A DNA stretch of 62,732 nucleotides, filler included, from Barthelona sp. PAP020 (Eukaryota): NCBI GenBank assembly GCA_040182905.1. It is 9 parts of 9 records of this genome, joined end to end, with 100 filler letters (N's around TTAATTAATTAA, not from the genome) between each part and the next. Parts side by side here need not be neighbours in the genome. Positions count along the whole stretch, not along the records: positions 21,131 to 28,006 come from JARQWU010000525.1; positions 28,107 to 34,973 come from JARQWU010000526.1; 7 more parts are not named here. The stretch is one strand, 5' to 3'. Shown piece by piece: positions 21,436 to 32,744 of this stretch. How positions within the stretch are numbered: position 1 is the first letter of the stretch; every line of letters starts with the position of its first letter. Both the position numbers and the translations under genes were made by a program. The notes below the pieces were generated by a model that worked only from the letters and a program-made list of their open reading frames with translations, did no database searches and was not told where the DNA came from.

Positions 21436-21618
21436 ATGTGACTTTTTTTTTCTTTTTTTTTGCAATCCTTAATTGAGTATGATAGTTGAAAAACTGGTAA
21501 ATTCATGGCAAATTATGATCATAATTATTGTAAAATAAAGTTCTTATGCACCATTTCTCTATCTTTTCATATTTAAAAAGGGATGATTCAAATTTGAAAA
21601 AACAACAAAAATCAATGA

Positions 21619-23409
21619 TCAAATATTTACAAAGGGATTCAAAGAATAAAAGTATAACTGGAAAACATTCTTCGACTTGCAAATCCTGTTGGCACAGTGT
21701 TTTTTAAAGCCATTCAACAATGAATGAACAGAAGAATACATTGGATTATCCAATTTATGTGAAAATAAAGGGTACAAACACTCGTTTGTGAATGTCTTAA
21801 TTGAAGGCCCGGTAAATTTTTGGAAAGAAACAAGACTCCAACTGGAATAAAAACCCAAGCCTTTAATTTGTTCAATCAAATGATCGAATTCATTTTTTTG
21901 GACTTGAGAATGATCAATAATTTCTTGAACAGTCAAATTAATGATTTCAACATCTCTAGCACGGTACAAAAATGTTTCTAACTGAGATATAAAGACTAGG
22001 GCTAATAAAAGAGCATCACCGGATGTATTATTGAAATAGTTTTGCAGTTTGAAAGACGGATGTTCAATTTCGCCTTCAATTTTTATTGGACCGATAAAAT
22101 TAATAATTTGTATCCACGCAGGAAAAGACAGAAATGCTAGCGCAAGAAGGGGAGATGTAAAATTCTTTAAAAAATTCAACCCAAAATTATCCAATTCCCT
22201 CTCACTAAAAAGAGCGCCAAGATCTAAATTTAAAAGACCGCTGGCAAATATCATCCCAGGTATATCAATCACTCGAACATTCTTTGAATGTAACGGATAT
22301 TCTCGTACAAAATAATCCTTCTTTCCAAGCAATGCCTTCAAATACCTTTTTGAATTGCTGTAGACCAGTTCAGCAGGTAATATCAATAGACAAGAAGCAT
22401 TAGTATCATATGGATCAATATATAATAGATTAAAGCAAAAAGTAACAATTGATCGGTGTAAACGCATATGCATCAAATAGAACAACAACCCATGCAAAGC
22501 TTCCAAAATAAAAGTTGTTGATGGATCATTGGGAAGTATTCTTAGCCATTCAGGTAAACCTCTTGGTGCAAAAGCAAAATCTATCAGATATAAAGCTCGA
22601 AACAAAAGATTCCAAGCCTCATTAGCTCTTTGTTGCCTACATTCAAATCTGAAAAGTGAAACCAACAAAGGAGCAAAATTGGGATGAGAAGAATACAGAT
22701 CAACCAAAACACCAGGATCATTATAACTCCCACTGGTTTCAAAATCTTGAACCATTTGAAAGATATCACGCACATTTTCATTGAAAACCACCAAATTCTT
22801 GGCCTCTTCTAAATTTTCCAAATCAACATTTGTGTACTCGATCTGCTCATCGGGAAAGATATAATGAAAATCAGAATTCGTTGGGGGAGGGCCCCAATTT
22901 GTTTTCCAGCGAGTGTTGGCTAGTTTACTAGCAAAAGTTCCTGAATAAATCTTATCTTTATCTCGTATTCCCAAACTATCAGCTAACTCACTTTTCCAAT
23001 CAACAGCTTTAAATCTAAAGGTTTTTAATTCAGGTGAAATAGAAGGAGAAATAGGATCTGGAGATGAATTTTCAGCAAATTTCATCGGTTCCTTTACTTT
23101 TTTATTAGAATCTTGTTCTTTCAACAACAACATTTGTTTACGTTTCCAGCGTCTTTTTCTTTTTTTTATATTAGCTGCATTTTTTTGAAAACGATCAATT
23201 TCATCCTGTAACGTTACTTTATCGATAATTAAATCAATTTTCTCCTTTTTTTCATTATTTTGAACACTTAAACCTTTAAAAGGATTGTCTTTCGGTGATT
23301 TAAATTCAACAAAAAAAGAATCTTCATTTTCTTCTTCTTCTTCATCTTTTTCATTCAAATCTTTGATTTCTTTGGTTCTATTGATATCTCTAACTAATCG
23401 ATTACTCAT
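21619..23409 (-). CDS. TCF25/Rqc1-like ribosome quality-control protein
   Basis: Acidic/basic N-terminus; WGPPP; DPGVLVDLYSSHPNFAPLLVSL..ANEAWNLLFRALY; LLYIDPYD; likely ATG 23409. Confidence 0.75.
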   Translation of the reverse strand: MSNRLVRDINRTKEIKDLNEKDEEEEENEDSFFVEFKSPKDNPFKGLSVQNNEKKEKIDLIIDKVTLQDEIDRFQKNAANIKKRKRRWKRKQMLLLKEQDSNKKVKEPMKFAENSSPDPISPSISPELKTFRFKAVDWKSELADSLGIRDKDKIYSGTFASKLANTRWKTNWGPPPTNSDFHYIFPDEQIEYTNVDLENLEEAKNLVVFNENVRDIFQMVQDFETSGSYNDPGVLVDLYSSHPNFAPLLVSLFRFECRQQRANEAWNLLFRALYLIDFAFAPRGLPEWLRILPNDPSTTFILEALHGLLFYLMHMRLHRSIVTFCFNLLYIDPYDTNASCLLILPAELVYSNSKRYLKALLGKKDYFVREYPLHSKNVRVIDIPGMIFASGLLNLDLGALFSERELDNFGLNFLKNFTSPLLALAFLSFPAWIQIINFIGPIKIEGEIEHPSFKLQNYFNNTSGDALLLALVFISQLETFLYRARDVEIINLTVQEIIDHSQVQKNEFDHLIEQIKGLGFYSSWSLVSFQKFTGPSIKTFTNECLYPLFSHKLDNPMYSSVHSLLNGFKKHCANRICKSKNVFQLYFYSLNPFVNI

Positions 23410-23512
23410 AATATAAAATAAAAAAAACAAAAAATTTATCTTAAATGAAAAACAAAGCAATTCTTTTTTTTTTTTCATTTCACCTATTTCTATATTTCAA
23501 CACTTATATTTA

Positions 23513-24724
23513 TCAAATAGAAGGTTCTTTCTTTGTGTTTAAATCATTTTCAATCACAATCATATCATTCCAAAGATCATTCTCATCCAAATCTTCTTCT
23601 TCTTCTTCTTCTTCTTCGTTCTCACCCTTGGGTAAATCAAACAGTAATTCACTTGATAGAATCATTGAAGTTGCTGCACGACCAACATCAATCTTTAAAA
23701 CGTATCTTTTCTTGTCTGCAACAAAATGATACAACCATCCATCAGCTGATGCCACTATCAAGGAATAGTCTTCCTTTGAGGTAACATTTGAAAAAAGACA
23801 CTTTCTGGTAGATCCACTAATTCCATGAAAGCTTCTGATTGTCCATTGTGTGGTATTGAAATGTTCAGTGATTGTTTCATATTCAGAAGCACTGTTTAAA
23901 AGATTTTCAAAATCAAGAACATGAATCTTTGCTCTTGTATCCATAACAGCAACAAGACCAATGTTGTCAACTGTTGAAAAATCAACAATTGCAAAATTTG
24001 AAAACTTTAAAGCAAAGAAAGGCTTGACTTTTGCCAAATAATCATAAACAATTATGGTACCATCCTTAAAACCGGTTAATAAATACCTTTTATCATTATA
24101 CTGTATACTACCAACACAAGTACCATTCATTGAAGCAGGAACATCATAAGGGTCATTGGGCAATCTTTTCAACTTAATTGAATCATTTAAATTATTAATA
24201 TTATACACTTCAGGGTTCACTTTAATACCTTGAAGTAAAAACTCAGCCTCACTAATGAACTTTATAGAAGTTAAAGACTTTCCTTTAGTTAAACTAAGAT
24301 TAAGAGAATTTTTCAACAGAAATATGTTGTTTTCTGTGTCATATTCTAATATGATAATTGAACCTTTGGAATTTGCAACAATAAAATTTGAAGATTTTTC
24401 ATAAGTATCAAAAAATAGTTGAACTGATTTATTTGGCTTCATATTAATTCCAAATTGTTCTTCAAGATTAAAAGATAAAAGTGTTTCTCCAACAACATTA
24501 TAAATTTCAATGGAACAATCATTTAACAAACAAAAGAACGAAAAATTATAATATTCTTCACTTTTCCATTTCAAATCAACCACACCTTTGGAAGGATTAG
24601 GTTTACCAAATCGTAAATGTCGATAATCATTTTGAATCGAAAATACTATCAGTTAGATCAAATAAATAACCATATTTCAGTTACTTTCGATGCATCCTAA
24701 GTCATCACACAATATTTGCGACAT
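23513..24724 (-). CDS. WDR74/Nsa1-like WD40 ribosome biogenesis protein; exons 24685-24724 and 23513-24645
   Basis: Spliced N-terminus MSQILCDDLGCIEIF (cf. Nsa1 ..GD..G.lk); LPNDPYDVP, FHGISGSTR, ASADGWL, acidic tail ending DLWNDM. Confidence 0.8.
24646..24684 (-). other. spliceosomal intron, 39 nt (WDR74-like gene)
   Basis: GTAACT...CTAAC-TGA-TAG; contains an in-frame TGA; removal links the ATG exon in frame. Confidence 0.85.
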
Positions 24725-25074
24725 CTTTTAAGAATAAAGAAAAAATTCACAACAAACAAAGTATTTGCATGATTTTTTTTAAATAATTACTATTCTTTCA
24801 ATGAATTTACAATTTTTTTGATTAAATGTTGGAATTTTGAAAAACAAGTCCAATTTTCATTTCTTTTCATTCACAAAATGAGAAATCTATTAACTTTTTT
24901 AATTTATTCAATCCAATTTTAAACATTTGAATGTTTATTGTAGTCAAAAATAGTTGTAAAGAATGTCTTGACTTGAACAAATTTCGAGATTTTGAAATTT
25001 ACAGCCAGAACACCATCTCCTATGGTCTATAATTGAAAAGCTTTAAAAATGTTTCATAAGAAAAAAGGAAATCT

Positions 25075-26013
25075 TTATAATAGATATTTTAAACAAAGGT
25101 CATCAAAAAATTCTTGATTGAAAGACAAAATATTGATGATATTTTGTTTGGAATCATTAATCAAACAACTTCCACTAGTTATTCCGTCAATTTCAATATC
25201 TACCCCAATATCTTCCTTTTCAAGAATAATTGATGGTTCTGCCAGAGCCATCATTGCCAATAAATCACAAAAGACCATGGAATTAGCATCTAATTCACGC
25301 ATAACAAAATTAGCAAATTTCAAGGTTATTGCTCGAATAAATTTCGAATAAACAGTGTCAGAACCACGAATCTGATTAAATATTTCCAAAGAAACCTTGT
25401 GCTTTAAAGTCAATTCCCATGTGATCAAAATGGTCTTAGGAATCGAAGCCAAAACCTGATGAGCAGCAAGAGCATCAACAAAAAAGTTATGTTCAGCAGT
25501 ATCCGAAGTATTTCCCAGTCTTTCAACGGAACCACCCATACAATAAAGACTACATCGGTCAACAACAGTGGCATCAAGTTCAATCGCCTTGGCAACATTG
25601 GTAAGTGGACCAATTGCAACAACAGTTACATCATTATGTTCCTTTGTAAGACTAACAATCGCTTCATGAGCAGCAAATGATTTATGTTCCAATGTATTAA
25701 ATTGATATTCAAAGTTTGTCCAATCAACATCACCAAATCCATCATTTCCATGAACATTTGCAGCCTGAACTTCAAAAGTATCCTGATTTAAAGGATATTC
25801 AGCTCCAAAATAAATTGGTATGTGAGTGTGGTTCATAATTTGTAATATCTTTTTGACATTTTCATCAACATTTTTTCGATATGTGTTGCCAAAACAAGTG
25901 GTAATTGCAATAATTTCAATATTTGGATGTCGTAAACCAAATATCAATGCCATACAATCATCAATACCTGCATCTGTATCAAATATTACTTTTTTTTTAG
26001 TATTCACTGGCAT
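25075..26013 (-). CDS. nucleoside hydrolase (IU_nuc_hydro family)
   Basis: DTDAGIDD, TTCFGN, HGNDGFGD, IGPLTNVA, MGG..GN..AEHNF.VD. Confidence 0.95.
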   Translation of the reverse strand: MPVNTKKKVIFDTDAGIDDCMALIFGLRHPNIEIIAITTCFGNTYRKNVDENVKKILQIMNHTHIPIYFGAEYPLNQDTFEVQAANVHGNDGFGDVDWTNFEYQFNTLEHKSFAAHEAIVSLTKEHNDVTVVAIGPLTNVAKAIELDATVVDRCSLYCMGGSVERLGNTSDTAEHNFFVDALAAHQVLASIPKTILITWELTLKHKVSLEIFNQIRGSDTVYSKFIRAITLKFANFVMRELDANSMVFCDLLAMMALAEPSIILEKEDIGVDIEIDGITSGSCLINDSKQNIINILSFNQEFFDDLCLKYLL

Positions 26014-26201
26014 CTCTTTTTGAATAAATAGAAAAAAAGAATAATTTTTTCTTTCAAATATAATGGATAAATCTCAAAAGCTATTCATACAATTTATCTT
26101 CTTTTTATAACACAATTGACAAATTTTAGTCAAAAAATACAAAAAAAAAAAACAAAGTCAAAGCAATTTTCCTTATTACTTATTTTCATGTATTGATGTG
26201 A

Positions 26202-27842
26202 ATGAATTTGGAAAATAATGATGATAATGAGGATGATTATTTATATATGAATGAAAAGAATGAAAAATTAGAACAAAACAAAAACAATATCAATTTATTT
26301 AATCCTTACAAAGCAGGTTTAAACAATCGAAGCAAAGATGAAGTTAACGAAATAATTATGAAAAAATCAAAAAATAGTGCTTTTTTCGAAAATCAACAAC
26401 AAAAACAGGTGAAATGGCAAAAACGACTTGAAGAATTGCAAGAAAAACTAACCACAATAAATGTCTCTCCAATAACCACAACACAAATTGATACCCTTGT
26501 AGATCAGATAAAATCCACACAAGTGGGGAAATTGTTCCTTCATCTGGACATGGATTGCTATTATTTCTCAGTTGAAGCCCTTTATGACCCTTCATTGAAA
26601 GGAAAACCAGTTGCGGTTGGTCGATCAGTTGTTTCAACCTCTAACTATGAAGCCCGAAAGTTTGGAGTAAGAGCTGGCATGGGCGAGTTTATTGCAAAAG
26701 AATTATGCCCAGATTTAACTGTCATAGACATACACATGAATAGATATTCAAAATACTCGTCTTTAATTCACCATATTTTGCTAGAATATGATAATGACAT
26801 ACCTTCGATGCATGATGAAGCATGTTTTGAAGTGCCTTTTGAAAAAGGTAGGGCCATATCCATTGCGAATGAAATCAAAGAAAAGATTGGAAATCTAGGT
26901 CTAACATGTTCTATTGGACTGGCACCAACCCCTTTTATGGCTAAAATGGCTGCAGATATGGACAAACCAGATGGATTAACAATTTTATCTAGGAAGGAGT
27001 GGATTGAAAGGGTAAAGGATTTTCCACCTCAAAAATTGTCGTTTATTGGTGCATCCACTAGTTTTTTATTGGAAGGACTTGGATGGAAAACCGTGAAAAT
27101 GGTGTGGGAACATCGTTATGAGATGTTTCTGTTATTTGCTGGAAAATCTGGTGAAAATCTCTTAAACTTGCTAACAGGTGGATATGGGGAGCTATATGAG
27201 CTGAAAGATCGTCAAAGTATATCGAAAGAAAGGACATTCAAACAAGTACCTAATGTTAACCCAATATCTTTTTTTTCATCAATTGTAGAGAACCTTGTTT
27301 TAACTGTCTGGTCTATCGCTGAGAAAAAAGGAGTTGTTGGCAGAAAAGCTTCAATAAAGATGAAACGACAAAATTTTAAAGTGTTAGAAAGGACTAAATC
27401 TGCCGAAATATATACGCTTGAGTGCTTCAAGTCTATTGCTTTGAGCATTTTAATTGAATTGTTAGAAGATCAAAATAATCACAATTTGCGATTGTTAGGG
27501 GTTCGTTTAGGAGGGATAAAACCATCAAATATGGTGCCTAAACAACTATCGATTAAAACTGGGGGAACGCCTTGTCCTGTTTGTGGAATTGATTTGGCAA
27601 ACATGAATTTAAAGAATGTAAATGAACATATTGATGAATGTTTAACTTTAAAAATGCTTGAAAGAGAAAAATTTAATGATCTAAAAATGAAAAAGGAGCC
27701 TGAATTAAAATTAGAAAAAATTTCAAAAAATTCGAAGAAAGAAAGGAAAATTTCCAGTAAAAAAACTAAAAATGTGCGAAAAAGTTCATCTTTCAAGAAT
27801 AAAAATATTCTCACAATGAAAGAATTTTTGGCAGACAAGTGA
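26202..27842 (+). CDS. POLK: DNA polymerase kappa (Y family) with UBZ4 zinc finger
   Basis: KAGL..SKNSAFF N-clasp, HLDMDCYY, STSNYEARKFGVRAGM, DEA, RQSISKERTF, LRLLGVRL, CPVC..NEHIDECL. Confidence 0.93.
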   Translation: MNLENNDDNEDDYLYMNEKNEKLEQNKNNINLFNPYKAGLNNRSKDEVNEIIMKKSKNSAFFENQQQKQVKWQKRLEELQEKLTTINVSPITTTQIDTLVDQIKSTQVGKLFLHLDMDCYYFSVEALYDPSLKGKPVAVGRSVVSTSNYEARKFGVRAGMGEFIAKELCPDLTVIDIHMNRYSKYSSLIHHILLEYDNDIPSMHDEACFEVPFEKGRAISIANEIKEKIGNLGLTCSIGLAPTPFMAKMAADMDKPDGLTILSRKEWIERVKDFPPQKLSFIGASTSFLLEGLGWKTVKMVWEHRYEMFLLFAGKSGENLLNLLTGGYGELYELKDRQSISKERTFKQVPNVNPISFFSSIVENLVLTVWSIAEKKGVVGRKASIKMKRQNFKVLERTKSAEIYTLECFKSIALSILIELLEDQNNHNLRLLGVRLGGIKPSNMVPKQLSIKTGGTPCPVCGIDLANMNLKNVNEHIDECLTLKMLEREKFNDLKMKKEPELKLEKISKNSKKERKISSKKTKNVRKSSSFKNKNILTMKEFLADK

Positions 27843-28006
27843 AATTTCCAAAAAATGACTTTTTTCGTTTTGTTTTTTGTAATTATTCAAATTTATTGAT
27901 TTTTAACCATTTATCTTTATTTGTTCCTTGTTTAAAAATGAAAATTCTCCTTTTTTTTTCAACAAATAAAATTTCTGTTTTTTTTTTTTTTTTTTAAAAC
28001 CAAAAA

Positions 28007-28106
28007 NNNNNNNNNNNNNNNNNNNNNNNNNNNNNNNNNNNNNNNNNNNNTTAATTAATTAANNNNNNNNNNNNNNNNNNNNNNNNNNNNNNNNNNNNNN
28101 NNNNNN
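28007..28106. other. artificial contig spacer
   Basis: N44-TTAATTAATTAA-N44. Confidence 0.97.
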
Positions 28107-28169
28107 TGTTTTTTCTTTTTTTTTTTTTTTTTTTGATTTTCAAATCTTTAAAATCAATTTTTAAAGAGT

Positions 28170-29345
28170 ATGTCGACAAAAACAACAACATTTCCACCTG
28201 CTGAAGCCCAATGTGTTAGTGCAATTATTGAAGAATGTGTTGAAAAATTAGCTTTATTAACTTCGGTGACTCCTGATGTATCATCAAGACGAGATGAATT
28301 GGGAAGAATATTGGGTGATGATATTACCAAAACATTAACAAAACAAAAAGATTTGGAAAATAAATTTGCCACAATTGTGAAAGAAAAGGAAGAAACTAAA
28401 GCTGTTGGTCTTTATGCTGAACGTAAGAAAAAAGCGCAAGAATATACCGAGGTCGTTGAAGAAATCAAAGTTTCAACACATCATTTACAAAAAGCGTTGA
28501 AAGATAATCCTAATGTTGCGGATAATTTGGTTAGATTACGTCAGGAACGTAGTACCCTACATACTTTATTGCAAAAGACAATCAGGGAATTGAGAGGACC
28601 AGAACATACCTTTAATGACTTATGGGATGAAATTACCCAACAAAATCATGATATTAATAAGCGTGAACAAATGTTAGCATCATATCGTGAAAAAATGGTT
28701 GAATTTGATCAATTGACTGGAATTTTAGAAAACAATCGTGCTTTACAAGAGAAAGAACTGAGTAATAATGCGACTGACATTAATGAGTTGAAAAAAGAAT
28801 TGCAGGAATTGAAAACAAAATATGAAAAAGAAAAAACATACTTCCAAGCAAATGAAGATGCCAGAACGAAATGTTTGGATTTATTGGATCAACAAAAATT
28901 GAGTAAGCAGCAAGAGGTAATTAGAAATTTAGAAGAACAATACAACACAGAAAATACCGTTTTCGATAGGAACATGGCTTATTTACAGGAACGAACTGAT
29001 TTCTTGGTCAAAGAAGCAAGCAAGTGGCAAGAACGTCAAGAAACTGATCGATCAAGCGTTGAATATGAAATTCGGTTGTTATTAACAAAGCAAGATGAAA
29101 GAATGGAAATATTGTCAGCGCTTCGCACAAGACAAAAAGAAGAATTTGAAGAACAACAAAGGAAAGAACTTGAAGAAAAGAAAAAGCAAGAAGAAGCATT
29201 AATGATGGAAAGAATTGAAAAATTCAGAAAGTCATGGTGTGGCGTTAAAATAGTTACTGCTTGTAGAGAATTATTAAAAGGCAAAAAGAAAAAAAAAAGT
29301 AAGAAAGGTAAAGGTAAAAAAACAAGCAAAAAAACTGCCAAGTGA
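28170..29345 (+). CDS. DRC9: dynein regulatory complex subunit 9 (IQCG-like)
   Basis: IIEECVEKLALL, LKDNPNVADNLVRLRQER, long coiled coil, degenerate IQ motif, KKGKGKK tail. Confidence 0.75.
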   Translation: MSTKTTTFPPAEAQCVSAIIEECVEKLALLTSVTPDVSSRRDELGRILGDDITKTLTKQKDLENKFATIVKEKEETKAVGLYAERKKKAQEYTEVVEEIKVSTHHLQKALKDNPNVADNLVRLRQERSTLHTLLQKTIRELRGPEHTFNDLWDEITQQNHDINKREQMLASYREKMVEFDQLTGILENNRALQEKELSNNATDINELKKELQELKTKYEKEKTYFQANEDARTKCLDLLDQQKLSKQQEVIRNLEEQYNTENTVFDRNMAYLQERTDFLVKEASKWQERQETDRSSVEYEIRLLLTKQDERMEILSALRTRQKEEFEEQQRKELEEKKKQEEALMMERIEKFRKSWCGVKIVTACRELLKGKKKKKSKKGKGKKTSKKTAK

Positions 29346-29705
29346 TTATTTAGGCGAACAATTTGTAGATTATATCAATTAATTGGTTTCAAAATTTTGG
29401 AGAACAATGACTTGAATCAATTTTGATGAACCTTTTGTAAAGACCAGTTTATTTTTTTCTTATCAAACATAGAATGAAAGAATTAACCTAATTTTCAGCA
29501 AATAGTTTCAAAATCAACCCTCCAATTTGATACCCAAACAATTAGCTGTCAAATGCAAGATTTGCATAAACATAAATTTAGACAAAAAATATCCTCTAAA
29601 ATATTATTTTATTCCAATAAGAAACATAATTTAATGCGGAAATAATATTAAATGATGCATTCAGCCATCAAAAAATGTAGTTTTTTTTTTATCATTTTTT
29701 TAATT

Positions 29706-30149
29706 ATGAGTGATACTCCATTAAAAAATTGGTCAGTAATATGGCCAGCATATATTGATTCGACCTTATCACTGGCCAAAGGAAGAAGATTAAACAAAGA
29801 TTTATGTGTTGAAGATCCTCAAAGTTTTGAAATTGTGAAAGCTTGTGAAGAATTAGGCATTCAGGCAACACATGAAGTCAAAAAAATATATCCCAAAGAT
29901 TTCTTTTCAGTTGGTAGAGTTAGAGTATATCTAAAGGATGAAAATGGAAGACCTGTACATTCTAAATATCCTACAAAAATGCATTTATTACCAGATTTAA
30001 AAGAGTTTATAATGGCTGAACGTTCAAAAGCGGCTGAAAAAGCTGCACAGAAGGCAGCCAAAAAAGGCAACAACAGCAAAACAGTACAAAGCTCTTCCAA
30101 AAGCAAAACCAATAAAAAGGGCAAAAAGAACAAAAAAGGTAAGAAATAG
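29706..30149 (+). CDS. SRP19: signal recognition particle 19 kDa protein
   Basis: VIWPAYIDS..GRRL..VEDP..EI; K.YPKD..GRVRV.LK; basic tail; likely ATG 29706. Confidence 0.95.
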   Translation: MSDTPLKNWSVIWPAYIDSTLSLAKGRRLNKDLCVEDPQSFEIVKACEELGIQATHEVKKIYPKDFFSVGRVRVYLKDENGRPVHSKYPTKMHLLPDLKEFIMAERSKAAEKAAQKAAKKGNNSKTVQSSSKSKTNKKGKKNKKGKK

Positions 30150-30358
30150 ATTGTTTATAAAAGATGTGATTTTTTCGAATAAAGTTGTTTTTTTTTTTTA
30201 AATTGACCTTTAATGTTGAAATGACATAGTCATTCAATTAAAAATCTTCAATTTCAAAAATTATTCAGTAAAATTTCTTAATAAATAAAAAATGATTGAT
30301 GATAAAGAAAATACATTACAAATAATTTACAAAAGAAAAAAAAGGAAAAAAAAATGTG

Positions 30359-31141
30359 TTACATCATTCCATTTTGCAAATTGGACAAAGAATCTTCCAA
30401 TAATTGTAACATTAAATTGGAAACATCTTCACGTTGTTTCTTTTCATCTTCCAATTTTGTTTCCAATTCCTTTTCAGCAGCATCAACCATACTTACTAAT
30501 TCAATCTGTGATTTTTCTCTTTCAGATATTTCAACAACCAATTGATTATTGAATTCATATTGAAGCATATCTAAACCTTCATTAAAACCTTTATATTTCA
30601 AAATAATGGAACTTTCCATTTCTTCTACTTTTCCGCGCATCTCTTCCATAGCATCATTCATATTTTTATCAATTCGAATAGCTTCTTTCAAATGCTCTTC
30701 AAACTTGAAATTTTCTTGTTGAACAGTTTTATTCACCTTCTCATTGATATAATTTCTTTGTTCCAATATTTGTTTGTTGCGGTGTATTTGTTCAGAATCT
30801 AATCTCTGCAAAACGTCATTTTTAATATTACTTAATTTTGATTCAACAATATCTTTGTGATTTTTTCTTTCTATTACCTCCAATTCAAGATTCTTTTGAA
30901 TTTTATTCAATTCAGCTTGCAATTGTTTCAATTTTGTCTTTTGATTGGTTTCATAATTTGCAAGTTGTCCATTTAAACTACAAATCTTTGTTTCGGTCGT
31001 TCTTCTTCGATCATTCTTATCTTTTTCAATGCTATTTTGAATAGTTTTCAATTTTTCAGATAATCCTTTAATTCTATCTTCAGATCTCCTTTTGGAAGTC
31101 GAGTTATTCAATAATTGAGGTGATGTGGACATAAAAGACAT
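30359..31141 (-). CDS. SF-assemblin/beta-giardin family striated-fibre protein
   Basis: ~260-aa segmented coiled coil with short Ser/Pro head; EISEREKSQ, EKKQREDVSNLMLQLLED..LQNGM ending. Confidence 0.75.
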   Translation of the reverse strand: MSFMSTSPQLLNNSTSKRRSEDRIKGLSEKLKTIQNSIEKDKNDRRRTTETKICSLNGQLANYETNQKTKLKQLQAELNKIQKNLELEVIERKNHKDIVESKLSNIKNDVLQRLDSEQIHRNKQILEQRNYINEKVNKTVQQENFKFEEHLKEAIRIDKNMNDAMEEMRGKVEEMESSIILKYKGFNEGLDMLQYEFNNQLVVEISEREKSQIELVSMVDAAEKELETKLEDEKKQREDVSNLMLQLLEDSLSNLQNGMM

Positions 31142-31223
31142 GTTTTTTGTTTTAAGAAAAAAATAAGAAACAATGATCAAAAATTGTTTTTTTTTGTGTT
31201 AAGCATTGGTATTTCATGAATTA

Positions 31224-32744
31224 ATGAGCCTTATTCCAAAGCAATCATTAAGTCCCTCATTTGAAAATGAAGAAAGATTACCTCTACCACATGCAAAATC
31301 AAAAATTCCAAAAACGAATGAATACCAACGTAGAAGAACTTTTTTAGCCAATCATGGTGTTTTAAAAGCATTTCAGTTATTAAAAACTCTTTTAAATGTA
31401 ACGATTAGCTTTTTTTTAATATATTTTGTAGTACCTTATAGATCAACTATTTTATTACATTTTAAAAAAGTTTATTTTTGGTTGACTTTAATCGTTATCA
31501 TATATTGTGCAATATATATTTACCGAAAATATCTTTTGACTCCAGATGTTTATCTTGTGAACAGTTGCGTGTATAAACCACCTTTATCAACCAAATTAAG
31601 TAGAGATGAATTCGGTGATAAGCTTGAAAATTATTTCAAGGACGATGTTGAATCAATTAAATTTCAACGAAGGATATTAGATTTGTCAGGCATTGGAGAT
31701 TCCACACATATGCCAACATCGTTTTTCAATGGCCAATTTAATTATGATTCTATCATGCAAGAAGCTACACAAATTATGTTTTCACTTGCGGAGGATATAT
31801 TTTTAGATATTCCTTTGAAACCTGTTGATATTGATACTGTAATAGTCACTTCTAACTTTTCTCCTGAACCGGGGTTAGGTGAAATTTTGGCTAAAGAGCT
31901 GAATATGTTACCATCAGTGAAAGTGTTTACATTATCAGGATTAGGATGTTCAGGTGGGTTATCCAGTATTGATTTGGCTCAAAATCTATTGAAATCTGGA
32001 TCATCAAAAAGAATATTATTAGTATCAACCCGAAATATTACTAACTCCTTTTATTTTGGTTCAAATCGGTCAATGTTGATTCCAAATTGCTTGTTTAGAA
32101 TGAATGGGGCAGCTCAGATTCTTAGCAATCAACTTAAAGATAGAAAATTTGCTAAGTATGCTCTTTTACATTCAGTCCGCACTTTAGATACAAAAGGAAT
32201 TAATCCTTCAGCTATAAGAGAACAATTAGATGTCGATGGAAAATTGGGGTTGTATCTTAGCAAAAATTTACTCCAATCCAGTGTCCGAGTTGTTAGAAGA
32301 AACCTACAATTTTTAGCTCCAAATATCATTCGTATGAGAGATCAATTTAAATTCTCAATTGGATATTACAGTCGTAAATTACCTTTTTTTGGTGAATTAT
32401 TCAAAAAACCTGTAGAATGGCCAGATTTCACCACAAATATTGATCATTTTTGCATTCATTGTGGTGGAAAAGGTGTTTTGGAATTAATTCAGGCAAAATT
32501 ACGATTATCAAAGAGTTTGATGGAACCAACAATGAAAAGTTTATGGAATTACGGGAATACTTCTGTTGCAAGTGTTTGGTATACTCTTGATTTCATTGAA
32601 AAAAATGTTGGTGTTGAATGCAGGGAAAAAATTATGCAAATTGCATACGGAGCCGGTTTTGAATGTTGTACTCTTGTTTGGCAGAAAATTACAGATGATT
32701 TTACCCGTTCTTTGGAACGTAACAGAAACTCAATCGTCGGATAG
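31224..32744 (+). CDS. KCS: 3-ketoacyl-CoA synthase (plant FAE1/KCS-type very-long-chain fatty acid elongase)
   Basis: Two N-terminal TMs; SGIGDSTH; LSGLGCSGG (catalytic Cys); RSMLIPNCLFRM; HFCIHCGGKG; YGNTS..SVWY; QIAYGAGFEC. Confidence 0.93.
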   Translation: MSLIPKQSLSPSFENEERLPLPHAKSKIPKTNEYQRRRTFLANHGVLKAFQLLKTLLNVTISFFLIYFVVPYRSTILLHFKKVYFWLTLIVIIYCAIYIYRKYLLTPDVYLVNSCVYKPPLSTKLSRDEFGDKLENYFKDDVESIKFQRRILDLSGIGDSTHMPTSFFNGQFNYDSIMQEATQIMFSLAEDIFLDIPLKPVDIDTVIVTSNFSPEPGLGEILAKELNMLPSVKVFTLSGLGCSGGLSSIDLAQNLLKSGSSKRILLVSTRNITNSFYFGSNRSMLIPNCLFRMNGAAQILSNQLKDRKFAKYALLHSVRTLDTKGINPSAIREQLDVDGKLGLYLSKNLLQSSVRVVRRNLQFLAPNIIRMRDQFKFSIGYYSRKLPFFGELFKKPVEWPDFTTNIDHFCIHCGGKGVLELIQAKLRLSKSLMEPTMKSLWNYGNTSVASVWYTLDFIEKNVGVECREKIMQIAYGAGFECCTLVWQKITDDFTRSLERNRNSIVG

